DNA from: Mobula hypostoma
Taxonomy: Eukaryota
DNA: 64,000 nt
Direction of reading: 5' to 3'
NCBI RefSeq assembly: GCF_963921235.1
Contig: NC_086097.1
Span: 71,426,001-71,490,000 of the forward strand
Shown here: positions 25,581 to 37,010 of the stretch, in pieces
How positions within the stretch are numbered: the first letter of the stretch is position 1
Layout of the letters: each line of letters opens with the position of its first letter
Notes under the pieces: model-generated
Seen by the model: only the letters and a program-made list of their open reading frames with translations
Database searches by the model: none
What the model was told of the DNA's origin: nothing
Program-made: the position numbers and the translations under genes

Positions 25581-27003
25581 CCTCAAAAAAGGAGGGAGAG
25601 AGAAACCAGGGAATTATAGACCGGTTACCCTGACATCGGTGGTGGGGAAAATGCTACAGTCAGTTATCAAAGATGTGATAACAGCACATTTGGAAAGCGG
25701 TGAAATCATCAGACAAAGTCAGCATGGATTTGTGAAAGGAAAATCATGTCTGACGAATCTCATAGAATTTTTCGAGAATGTAACTAGTAGAGTGGATAGG
25801 GGAGAACCAGTGGATGTGGTATATTTGGATTTTCAAAAGGCTTTTGACAAGGTCCCACACAGGAGATTAGTGTGCAAACTTAAAGCACACGATATTGGGG
25901 GTATGGTATTGATGTGGATAGAGGATTGGTTGGCAGACAGGAAGCAAAGAGTGGGAATAAATGGGACCTTTTCAGAATGGCAGGCAGTGACTAGTGGGGT
26001 ACCGCAAGGCTCAGTGCTGGGACCCCAGTTGTTTACAATATATGACTTAGACGAGAGAATTAAATGCAGCATCTCCAAGTTTGCGGATGACATGAAGCTG
26101 GGCGGCAGTGTTAGCTGTGAGGAGGATGCTAAGAGGATGCAGGGTGACTTGGATAGGTTAGTTGAGTGGGCAAATTCATGGCAGATGCAATTTAGTGTGG
26201 ATAAATGTGAGGTTATCCACTTTGGTGGCAAGAACAGGAAAACAGATTATTATCTGAATGGTGGCCGATTAGGAAAAGGGGAGGTGCAACGAGATCTGGG
26301 TGTCATTGTACACCAGTCACTGAAAGTGGGCATGCAGGTACAGCAGGTGGTGAAAAAGGCGAATGGTATGCTGGCATTCATAGCAAGAGAATTGGAGTAC
26401 AGCAGCAGGGAGGTTCTACTGCAGTTGTACAAGGTCTTGGTGAGACCACACCTGGAGTATTGTGTGCAGTTTTGGTCCCCTAATCTGAGGAAAGACATCC
26501 TTGCCATAGAGGGGGTACAAAGAAGGTTCACCAGATTGATTCCTGGGATGGCAGGACTTTCATATGATGAAAGACTGGAACGTCTCAGCTTATACTCACT
26601 GGAATTTAGAAGATTGAGGGAGGATCTTATTGAAACGTATAAAATTCTAAAGGGATTGGACAGGCTAGATGCAGGAAGATTGTTCCCAATGATGGGGAAG
26701 TCCAGAACAAGGGGTCACAGTTTAAGGATAAAGGGGAAACCTTTTAGGACTTAGATGAGGAAAAACTTCTTCACACATCTGTGGAATTCTCTGCCACAGG
26801 AAACTGTTGGGGCCAGTTCATTGGCTATATTTAAGAGGGAGTTAGAAAGGCCCTTGTGGCTAAAGGGATCAGGGGGTATGGAGAGAAGGTAGGCATAGGG
26901 TTCTGAGTTGGATGATCAGCCATGATCATACTGAATGGCAGTGCAGGCTCGAAGGGCCGAATGGCCTACTCCTGCACCTATTTTCTATGTTTCTATGTTT
27001 CTA
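25581..27003 (+). mobile_element. Young 5'-truncated CR1 (RT) nested in RTE
   Basis: Open RT NYRPVTLTS..YLDFQKAFDKVPH..GVPQGSVLGP..FADD and a (TTTCTATG)n tail. Near-identical by eye to 38320-39761. Confidence 0.93.
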
Positions 27004-28819
27004 AAAACTACATCTCTGCTGCTTCAATTCGTTTCCTCATGTTATTAGATATTGTCCAACATAACTGGATAAACGTAACATTTCATTACTCTGAGGCAGG
27101 TTGTCATGCCTAGTTCAGTATTGGTCAGTATACTCTTCATTCTCGTAAAGGTGTCTTTTGCCATCCCTATTCTTCTTTTGATGTCCATGTCGCCCCTGCC
27201 ATCTGATGTCACCCAGCAAATGTTCTGTACTTGTTTTATGTCTTCCCCATTTATTCTCAGCCTGCAGATAGGATTCTTATTCTTTTTGGATATCACCATA
27301 CATTCTGTTTTTTTGCAATTGATAGATAGACCCATTTTTGCACTCTCTTCAACAACTATATCAATTAAGTTTTGTAATTCTTCCTCCATACTTGCAATTA
27401 GCATAGTGTCATCTGCGTATCTGAAATTATTGATGTTTTCACCGCCAACTTTGATTCCCAAGATGTCTCTTATTTTTTGTAATATTGTTTCACTGTACAC
27501 ATTAAATAAATCAGGGGAGAAAACACATCCTTGTCTAATGCCCCTCTTGATTTTCATTAACTGACTCACTTCTCCATCTATTCTTACAGCGGCAGTTTGT
27601 TCCCAGTACAGATTTCATTATAAGAAGGTTATAGAACTGCTTTTATAAGGTGGGAGATGGTGGGTAGGGAAATCAGATGTGTGCAGAAAGACTCGCAGAG
27701 TGTATTTATTGCAGGATATGTAACTAAATTCAGATTGCAGATCTGTGATTCCATAGTGTATTGAATTGCATATGTTAAATGTAAGGCTGAAAAACAGAAA
27801 GAAATCACATACTCTGAGCTGACTTCTTACATACTGAAGGCCTGGCAATCAGAATAAGCAAGATCCGAAGCCAGTGGAAGACAAGCTTGAGCTATGGGAT
27901 CATGCAAGCAAGACTGGAGATGAAAATTGGCAGAGGGAACTGATGAAGGCCTGCAGTGACAGCTTGGCCACGGACCAAAATTTGGCTGTAAAAGTACGAG
28001 CTTTCTACAACTAAGTCACTGTAGTCAGTAACAGGGAGCTTGCTGATCAAGAAGCAGAAGTTATATACATTCTCCCTGTGACCACATAGTTTTTATCCTA
28101 TTCTCCAGTTTCCTCCCACAATCTAAAGAAGTACCAGTTGCTAGGTTCATTGGGCATTGTAAATTGTTCTGTGATTAGGCTAGGGTTAAATCAGAAGATT
28201 GCTGGGCGTTGCGGATCAGAGGGCCAGAAGGCCTTGTTCCGTGCTGTATCTCAATAAATAATATTTTAAAAATTAATTAATCTTCAATTTATATGAAGAT
28301 AAATCGTCACAGAATAAGAAAGTCTGTATTTCTATTAATTCCCCAGGTCAGATTAGTAAAACTAGCATTAGTTTAAATCCTGTGTCACTGGTAAATGTAG
28401 ATAGATTTAGCAGAAATAATTGCCTTATACTTCCACAGGGGTCACTACCAGCACCGTCACTTCTTGGTGACTTGGATTTGAAAATACAGGGCATAATTTC
28501 TGAATATGTAGATGCCACAGGATTTGGATGGGTGAATCATGGAAAGTGAGTCAGTAAGCAGAAGATCGCATATAATGCTGGAAAATACAAAATGTTATAT
28601 CTTGGTAAGAAGAATGAGAAAAGGAAATACAAACTGGAGAACACAATTGTAAGAGAAGTAAAAATCATAGGTTATATGTGCACAGTTCTTTGAAATCATC
28701 AGTTGAGGCTTGGGAAGGTGGTTAGAAATACATCTTGATCAGGGGCTTTTTAATTAGAGGCATTTGAGAACAAAAACCAAGAAATCATAATAAACCTTTA
28801 TACAAAAATACATAGGTTT

Positions 28820-30415
28820 CAACTGAAGCTACCAAAACTAGAGAGAAGGTTCTTGGGAAACAGAAAGGTCTGAAGGTAGATAAGTCACCTGGACCAGATG
28901 GTGTACACACCAGGGATCTGAAAGAGGTGGCTGAAGAGATTGTGGAGGCATTAATAATGATCTTTCTAGAATCACTAGATACTGCAATGATTCTGGAAGA
29001 CTGGAAACTTGCAAATGTCACTCCACTCTTCAAGAAGTGAGAAAGGCAGAAGAAAGGAAACTATAGGCCAGTTAGTCTGACCTCAGTGGTTGGGAAGATG
29101 TTGGAGTCAACTATTAAGGATGAGGTCTCAGGGCACTTGGAGGCACATGATAAAATAGGCCATAGTCAGCAAGGTTTCTGCCTGACAAATCTGCTGGAAT
29201 TCTTTGAAGAAATGGCAAGCAGGATAGACAAGGGAGTTTCAGTTGATGTGTACTTGGATTTTCAGAAGGCCTTTGACAAGGTGCCACACATGATGCTGCT
29301 TAACAAGCAATGAGCTCATAGTATTACAGGAAATATTCTGGCATGGATAAAGCAGTGGTTAGTTGGCAGGAGGCAAAGAGTGGGAATAAAGGGAGCATTT
29401 CCTGGTTGGCTGCCGGTGACTAGTGGTGTTCCGCAGGGGTCTGTGCTGGGACCGATTCTTTTTACGTTACATGTCAATGATTTAGATGATGGAATTGATG
29501 GCTTTGTTGCAAAGTTTGCAGACAATATGAAGAAAAGTAGTTCAGAGGAAGTAGAAAGGCTACAGAAGGACTTAGATCAGAAAAATGGGCAAAGAAATGA
29601 CAAATGGAATACAGTGTTGGGTATTGTATGGTCATGCACTTTGGTAGAAGAAATGAAAGGGTTAACTATTTTCTAAATGGAAGGAAAATATAGTAAAACT
29701 GAGGTGCAAAGGTACTGGGGAGTCCTTACGCAGGATTCTCTAAAGGTTAATTTGTAGGTTCAGTCTGTGATGAAGAGGGCAAATGCAATGTTAGCATTCT
29801 TTTTAAGAGGATTAGAATATAAAAACAAGGATGTGATGTTGAGACTTTACAAAGCACTAGTGAAGCCTTCCTTAAAGTATTGTGAGAAGTTTTGGGCCCC
29901 TTTTCTTAGAAAGGATGTGCTGAAACTGGAGAAGATTCATGAAAATGATTCCAGTATCGAATGGCTTGTCATATGAAGAGCGTCTAATGGCTCTGGGCCT
30001 GTATTTGCTGGAATTCAGAAGAATGAGGAGTGGCCTCATTGAAACCTGTCAGATGGTGAAAGGCCTTGAGAGAGTGGATGAGAAAAGGATGCTTCCTATG
30101 GTGGGAGAGTCTAAGACCAGAGGACACAGCCTCAGAATAGAGGGGCGTCCTTTTAGAACAGAAATGAGGAGGAATTTCTTTAGCCAGAAGGTGGTGAATC
30201 TATGAAATTCTTTGCCACAGGCAGCTGTGGAGGCCAAGTACTTATATATGTTTAAGTCAGAGGTTGATAGATTCTTGATTGGTCAAGCATGAAGGGATAT
30301 AGGGAGAAAGCAGGAGATTGGGACTGAGAGGAAAATTAGATCAGCCATGATGAAATGGCGGAGCAGATTCAATGGGCTGAATGGCCTAATTCTGCTCCTA
30401 TATCTTATGGTCTTA
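28820..30415 (+). mobile_element. CR1 RT fragment, decayed
   Basis: KSPGPDG, LDFQKAFDKVPH, GVPQGSVLGP and KFAD motifs, with a TCTTATGG tail. Confidence 0.88.
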
Positions 30416-30509
30416 TTCGTTTCTCTGTGCCATGGTTTCCAAACGATGTAAAGGTTTTAAGTGTGTTGAGGGGATTACATAACATGATCACTAGAATGAG
30501 ACTAATTAT

Positions 30510-31735
30510 TCAATTGAATTGAATTGACATTATTACTTACCTCCTTCACATACATGAGGAGTAAAAATCTTTACGTTACATTTCCATCTAAATGTGCATT
30601 GTGCAATTTACAGTAATTTGTAATAAATAGTATGCACAACAGGACAGTCAATATAACATAGAAATACAATTATATCAGCATGAATTAATCGTTCTGATGG
30701 CCTGGTGGAAGAAGCTGTCCTGGAACCTGCTGGTCCTGGCTTTTATAGATAGTAGCAGCTGGAACAGTTTGTGGTTGGGGTGACTTGGGTCTCCAATGAT
30801 CCTTTGGGCCCTTTTTACTCACCTCTGTAAATGTCCTGAATGGTGGGAAGTTCACATCTATAGATATGCTGGGCTGTCCACACCACTCTCTGCAGAGTCC
30901 TGTGATTGCAGGAAGTACAGTTTCCATACCAGGCAGTGATGCAGCCAGTCAGGAAGCTCTCAATTGTGCCCTTGTAGAAAGTCCTTAGGATTTGGGGACT
31001 CAACCAAACTTCTTCAACCATCTGAGGTGAAAGAGGCGCTGTTATGCCTTTTTCACCACACAGCCGGTATGTACAGATCACGTGAGGTCCTTGGTGATGT
31101 ATATGCTGAGGAACTTAAAGCTGTTCACCCTCTCAAACCCAGATCCATTGACGTCAATAGGGGTTAGCCAGTCTTCATTCCTCCTGTAGTCTACAACCAG
31201 CTCCTTTATTTTTGTGACATTGAGAGAAGGTTGTTTTCTCAACACAACTGTGTCAGGGTGATGACTTCTTCTCTGTAGGCTGCCTCATTATTATTTGAGG
31301 TAAGTCCAATCAATGTAGTATTGACAGCAAATTTAATTAGCACATTGGAGCTGTGGGTTTCAACACAGTCATGAGTATACAGACAGTAAAGGAGGGGGCT
31401 TAGGACACCACCCTGAAAGGCACCTGTGTTGAGGGTCAGAGGGGCAGAGGTGAGGGAGCCCACTCTCACCATCTGCTGACAATCTGACAAGAAGTCTAGG
31501 ATCCAGGCAGGGTCAAGGCCAAGGTCTCTGAGCTTCCTGTCAAGCCTGGAGGGAATTATGGTATTGAATGCTGAACTGTAGTTCAAGAATAGCATTCTCA
31601 CATAAGCATCCCTCCTCTCCAGATCTGTAAGGACAGTGTGTAGAGCTGTGGCTCTTACGCCATCTGTCAATTCACATGTTACCTTGGTCTTTTTGGGTAC
31701 AGGGACAATAGTGGATCTTTTGAAGCAGTAGGGCA
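30510..31735 (-). mobile_element. Rex1/Babar-like LINE 3' fragment
   Basis: TALHTVLTDLE..YVRMLFLNYSSAFNTIIP, GAFQGGVLSPLLY and FYKGTIESFLTGCITAWYGNC motifs, with an (ATTCA)n tail. Confidence 0.85.
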
Positions 31736-32699
31736 CTCTATACTAAGAGGGGTAGAGATCAAAAATCACACGGATAAACTGGAGAAGCTAGAGCTGTTTT
31801 CCTGGAAACACAGAAAGTTGAGAGGGGATATGATGAAGGATCAGATTTCAAATCACAAAGGAAACAGAAAGCATTGCCATTAATAGTGGGGCTAAGGAGC
31901 AGACAAAGCAAAGGTTTCAGCAAAAGATCCAAATCTGACATGAGGAAAGTCTCTTCTCACTCAGCAAGTGGTTAACATCTGATATATTCACATAATAGAG
32001 GTGGAATACATCATAGCACATACAAGAGATCTGGAGAAGCAACTGAAAGGAAAGATTGTAATGGGCAAAAAGATGAAGACACAAGAGATGGGAACAGACA
32101 TAGAGACTAGCTGAATTGTTCCTGTGAGGAACACATGTAGACTCCATGGGTTGTCTTCTCTGTGTTGTAACCATTCTATGAAAAATATATTTACTCAGTT
32201 TTGCTTCTGGCCTCTTATTGGTTAGACCACCCTTCCCACAGTGTTCACAACCCTTACACAACATCTTTTTACCAAACTCATGTTTACTTCCATTTGCAAC
32301 TCCAGACCAAAGATCACATCATATTCAAAACATCCCCCAAGCTTTCTTTCTCTTTACCCCACCTTTGTATACTCCATAATGGTGTAGCAGGCAAAGACCT
32401 TCACTTTCCTGAAAGGGAGCTGGAGTAAAATAAGTTGACTATATTAACTTACTGGATGCCAATCAGTAACACAAGGCCTTGTGATGTTGAAGCTCCTGGT
32501 TGAGGTCCACAAGCAAAACATCCGAGCATGCTGGACATGATAATAATATTGGAAGGTACACAATGTTTGCAATGTATATTTAAAGATTGCTCAAAGTTAT
32601 AGAGTTCTTTATACTACAGTGAAACTTGTGTGAAAATGTTCTTTCCTAATCGGCAGAACCATGATCACATGTGAGGTAAGAGTGACTTGAGTGAATCGG

Positions 32700-33490
32700 C
32701 ATCCTTGATGGCACTAAACGGAATCTCCTTTGCTTGCATCTTCGGAAACAGCTCTATTTCCATCTTTAATATCTTTATTTTTCCCTTTCAGGGTTCTTTT
32801 GAAGACCCTGACCTGGAGTTACACACGGACTTCAGTTCTTTGCAGGAATGAGACCCACTCTCGAGGTTTCATGACCGGCCATTATTCAACATGCCAAGGG
32901 CGTGGCCTAAAAGCTTAGCTCACCTTTGGAGGTCCGAGCGCTCGTGGCTCTGGAGACGGACGAATCGAAGGTTGGTGTCCTGGCAGGAGTTCGGTGTGTT
33001 GTGGGAGTTAGGAGATCCCTGGCTGTGTGCCCAGAGACCTGAGATCTTTGGGCACAGAGCTTGGAAGAAGTGATGCAACAGACTTTTAACATGGTAAATC
33101 AGTGAGTTGTTTGTTATGTCTCCCCTCTTGCTGTGAAATGGAGACACCATTTTCTCACTTATTAGGGGGAGAGAGAGAGCCTGTGGTATGTCAAATACTG
33201 GGTGAATGAGTAGACTTTGCAAGTCTGTGTCTTTGCTGTTGCTTTGCTGCACACTTGAGAGCTCAGTGGTGGGTGCCGATACTTTTTTTTTGCTAGTGGG
33301 GGAGGGGAGATCGTTGCTTGCTGCTGCTTATGCATGAGAGGGAGGGGAGCTGGAGGGGACTTTGGGGTTCTAACTGTCATTCACTCATTGGGGGCACTCC
33401 TCTGTTTTCATGAATGGTTGCAGAGAAAAAGCATTTCAGAATGTATAATGTATACATTCTCTGACATTAACTGTACCTTTGAAACCTTTG
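32700..33490 (+). mobile_element. Probable non-autonomous retroposon (SINE-like)
   Basis: CpG-enriched block with a GATGGC start and a Rex-like 3' end (CATTTCAGAATGTA..CTGACATTAA..CCTTTGAAACCTTTG). No coding motif. Confidence 0.4.
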
Positions 33491-34737
33491 TAGAATGTGA
33501 GAAATTCAGTAATCATGGAGCATTGTTTCTTGGAGTTACATCTGTAGGATAGAAACCTGCCACTGCTCAAGATGAAATTGGTAGTCTGTGTAGTCATAGA
33601 CACAAGAGATTCTGCGGATATTCATCTGCTTGGTAAGAGTGGCTATTAGATATGATATACTTTTTTTGCTGGGAGCAGTGGAAATGAGCAGAAAGAAATA
33701 CAGTATTTGCTGAATAATGGCGCCGAGGGAAACCACTTGGAGAGATGTAAATTGCCATGGTTCCTATCCCCACTGCTGGTAGATATGGAAGGATGTCAGG
33801 TAATGAGGAGGTGTAATTGGCTTGAACTTTACACACCCTTCTCCGTGAAAACTGTGCCTCCTTTTGCTGGAATTAGATACTTTCAAACCCACTCAGCTAA
33901 TAGTATACTCCTGACCTCTATCACTCAAATGCATTTGGAGAATACGGTCTAGAATCATGTCCGGCGACAAACTAGTTCCCAGAAAAATCCAATCAGAGTT
34001 GAATTACTTTACTTCAGGAAACATCTTGGCTGACAGAAACAATTTAATGTGTTATACGAATGCAGCAGCAAACCCTGGACTGAGACAAACATCAGCTTAT
34101 CTCCAAGTATTGTGGATGACTGGGGGCCTGTGACTCATCTATGACTATTCCTGCTGCTAATACTATTTTTTGGTATGGATTGGTTTGAACATTGAATCAA
34201 TAGGTCAACAATAAAGTTACTTACTCTCAGTGAAGACTGCTGTCAAGCAAGGTAGAACCTTTGTCCCAATGTTTTCCTGTTTGTGTGCAAACAGAAGCTG
34301 AGATCCAAGACATCACTGATTCATTCACATATGAGAGGATGAGTATTACACTCAAAATGTACAAGATGAAAGCTACTCTCTGAACCCATCCCCATTAACT
34401 TCTACCAATTAAGACTCATGGCAAGACACAGGAAAAGCATGGAAAAGCCACGTTCCAAACCTGGGGAGCCACTTCTGGTGAAGGTATGTATTGGTAATGA
34501 ACTTTACCGTCATCCTTAATTAAGGAACTGGGTACTTAAAGACCGTCTTCAGAGTTGGCACAAATTCATGGCCTACCAGTTACGGTGATGCCTGCTCTGC
34601 TATACTTCGAAATCTTCTTGAGCAGACATTAGAATCAGAAAACAACAGGAATTCTGCAGATGCTGGAAATTCAAGCAACACACATCAAAGTTGCTGGTGA
34701 ACGCAGCAGGCCAAGCAGCATCTATAGGAAGAGGCGC

Positions 34738-34773
34738 AGTCGACGTTTCAGGCCGAGACCCTTCGTCAGGACT
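34738..34773 (-). ncRNA. Hammerhead ribozyme, tandem unit 1
   Basis: AGUC CUGACGA AGGGUCUCGGCCU GAAA CGUC GACU. Confidence 0.82.
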
Positions 34774-34816
34774 TGGTGAACGCAGCAGGCCAAGCAGCAT
34801 CTATAGGAAGAGGCGC

Positions 34817-34852
34817 AGTCGACGTTTCAGGCCGAGACCCTTCATCAGGACT
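34817..34852 (-). ncRNA. Hammerhead ribozyme, tandem unit 2
   Basis: AGUC CUGAUGA AGGGUCUCGGCCU GAAA CGUC GACU. Confidence 0.82.
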
Positions 34853-34922
34853 TGGTGAACGCAGCAGGCCAAGCAGCATCTATAGGAAGAGGCGCAGTCG
34901 ACGTTTCAGGCCGAGACCCTTC

Positions 34923-34956
34923 GTCCTGACGAAGGGTCTCGGCCTGAAACGTCGAC
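34923..34956 (+). ncRNA. Hammerhead motif on the inverted arm
   Basis: GUC CUGACGA AGGGUCUCGGCCU GAAA CGUC GAC, with a 3-bp stem I. Confidence 0.7.
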
Positions 34957-35109
34957 TGCGCCTCTTCCTATAGATGCTGCTTGGCCTGCTGCGTTCACCA
35001 GCAACTTTGATGTGTGTTATTAGAATCAGATTCAGGTTTATTATCACCGACATATTGTGACATTTGTTGTTTCATGGCAGCAGTACAGTGAATACAATAT
35101 GTTTCTTTA

Positions 35110-35595
35110 AGGTTATTATAGCCAGGAGATGTAGGGGGAAAAAACTCCCACTACTTTCCAAATGCTCCCAATGATGTGCATTGCACATAACATCTGACAA
35201 CCAAGTCTAGCTCCTAGCCTTCACATGTGCTTAGATACTAAGCCCAAGGGAACCATTTCTACTGGCAGGAGAAGGGGCAAAAGCAATTTAATGGTTCCTT
35301 AAAATCAATCGCTTCAGGCATCATCTAGGAGAAAGAAAACTCTGATCTCAAACCTCCGCGGTCTTGCAGCTATAGTCACTCGTGCGGAGGGCTTCAGGAG
35401 TAAACCCCAAGGAAATATTGTATCGGTCTCTGCTGTTCCTTTGGATTCATCATCTGTGTGGAGAGGACAGCCTGCTGCCTGGGCAACAGCATGCTCTCCA
35501 TATTGTGCTGCTCTGCCTTGGGTACCAGCTTGTGTAACACGTAGATAGCTAGGACACAATATCCATGGTCAACCTCAATTATGGAGGCCTCAGAT
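35110..35595. repeat. Interspersed repeat with a related, inverted copy at ~52912-53420
   Basis: Shared blocks in opposite orientation, e.g. ATATGGAGAGCA.GCTGTTGCCCA and GGGTTTACTCC..AAGCC. Confidence 0.6.
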
Positions 35596-37010
35596 ATACA
35601 GTATATATAGGATACAAGATATACAGTATAATAAATATTACATATATAAAGAAATAGTGCAAATGAGAGCAAAATGGAAAGGTAGTGTTCTTGTGTACAT
35701 GGTTCATTCAGAAATCCAATGGCAGAGGTGAAGAAACTGTTTCTAAGATGTTAAGCACTGTGCCTTCAGGCTCCATATCTTCTCTCTGATGGCAGCAATG
35801 AGAAGAGGGCGTGTCATGGGTGGTGCGGATCCTTGATAATGGATGCCACCATTCTGAGGAACACTTTTGACCTTCTGTCCACCAACAGCTTCAACACAAC
35901 TGGTTCTTTAAACCATTGCAATCTCTTTCTTGCCAAAATTATTCACGCCCACCAAGATCATCTAAAAAGGAGAAAGCTTCATACAAATTTCTTACATTGT
36001 AAATCAGTTCTTCAGATCTCCTCCATTTCATCCACGCGTCAGACCCAATATGCAGGAAAATGATTGAGTATTGTGTGTCTAACTCTGGTGATATCAACAA
36101 AGATTATCTGCTCTGTCCATTCACTCTCGCAAAATTTTAACTTTTATTCTAAGCACTTAATCCCCTTAGCTAAACTAGTCAATGAAATCCACCACTTATT
36201 CCTTTGATCTCTTCCTATTCCAGTTCTTGAGCACCCAACCGCCTTGTGTTTCATTGCCGCCAAATATCATATGTGGTCTTTAGCACTACCTCACTTTCTG
36301 CAGAATATTCCTTCATACATTCATCCTAAAATACCCCTCATTAAACCACTTGTCACCAAATGCAGAAATGCAGTAAACAAACAACTTAATCAAATAATTG
36401 AAGGAAAAATAATCACAGGGATAAAGAGAAAGAGTTTGAGTGAGACGAAATGGGAATCTTCAGCAAAGAGCCAATGCAACTACAATGACCAAATGACCGC
36501 CTCCTGTGCAGCACTGTTCTACGTTGTTTTTAGTAAGCTCTTTCCTCAAAATATAATAACAAATATTTCCAGCTGATTCATTCCCACTCACTTCATGTAG
36601 TTCAAGAGTTGTGAGGTAGTGTTGCAGCTCTGGTTAGATCACACTTAGGGTGTTGTGTTCAGTTCTGGTCTCCTCATTATAGGAAGGAAGTTTTAGAGAG
36701 GATGCAGAGGACATTTACCAGGACAATGCCTGGATTTGAGAACATACCTTATGAGGAAAGGTTGAGTGCTCTTCTCGTAGGAGTGAAGATGGATGAGAGG
36801 CCACTTGATAGAGGTGCAGAAGATTATAAGTGGCATGAATGGAATGGAAAGCTAGCATCTTTATCCCAGGGCAGCAATAATCTATACCACAGGACATCCA
36901 TTTAAAGTGAGTGGAGGAAAGTTTAGGGGAGAGGTAAGAGGTAGATTTTGTTTTTTGCGTTCTAGTAGTAAGTGCCTGGAACACAATGCTGATACAAAAC
37001 AGCCATTCAA

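Larger units (their letters stand above)
23678..27615 (-). mobile_element. RTE-clade LINE 3' part hosting nested PLE and CR1 insertions
   Basis: ORF 27045-27569 has GIRQGCVFSPDLFNVY..NNFRYADDT. (ATG)n tail at 23678-23692. The segments 23678-23807, 25367-25580 and 27004-27615 join into one element. Confidence 0.85.
34640..35018. mobile_element. PLE-derived insertion: three 79-bp tandem hammerhead-type units plus an inverted arm
   Basis: 12-bp TSD ATTAGAATCAGA at 34628-34639 and 35019-35030. Units start at 34695, 34774 and 34853. Perfect 73-bp inverted repeat at 34853-34925 and 34928-35000. Confidence 0.92.

Noticed and set aside
34695..34925. CRISPR-like array
   Set aside because: The units are near-identical along their whole length with no unique spacers, there are no cas genes, and the context is eukaryotic. 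It is a PLE-repeat tandem.
35440..35520. HDV-like ribozyme in the interspersed repeat (CTGGGCAACA resemblance)
   Set aside because: I could not build the nested double pseudoknot by eye on either strand. A descriptor search would be needed.
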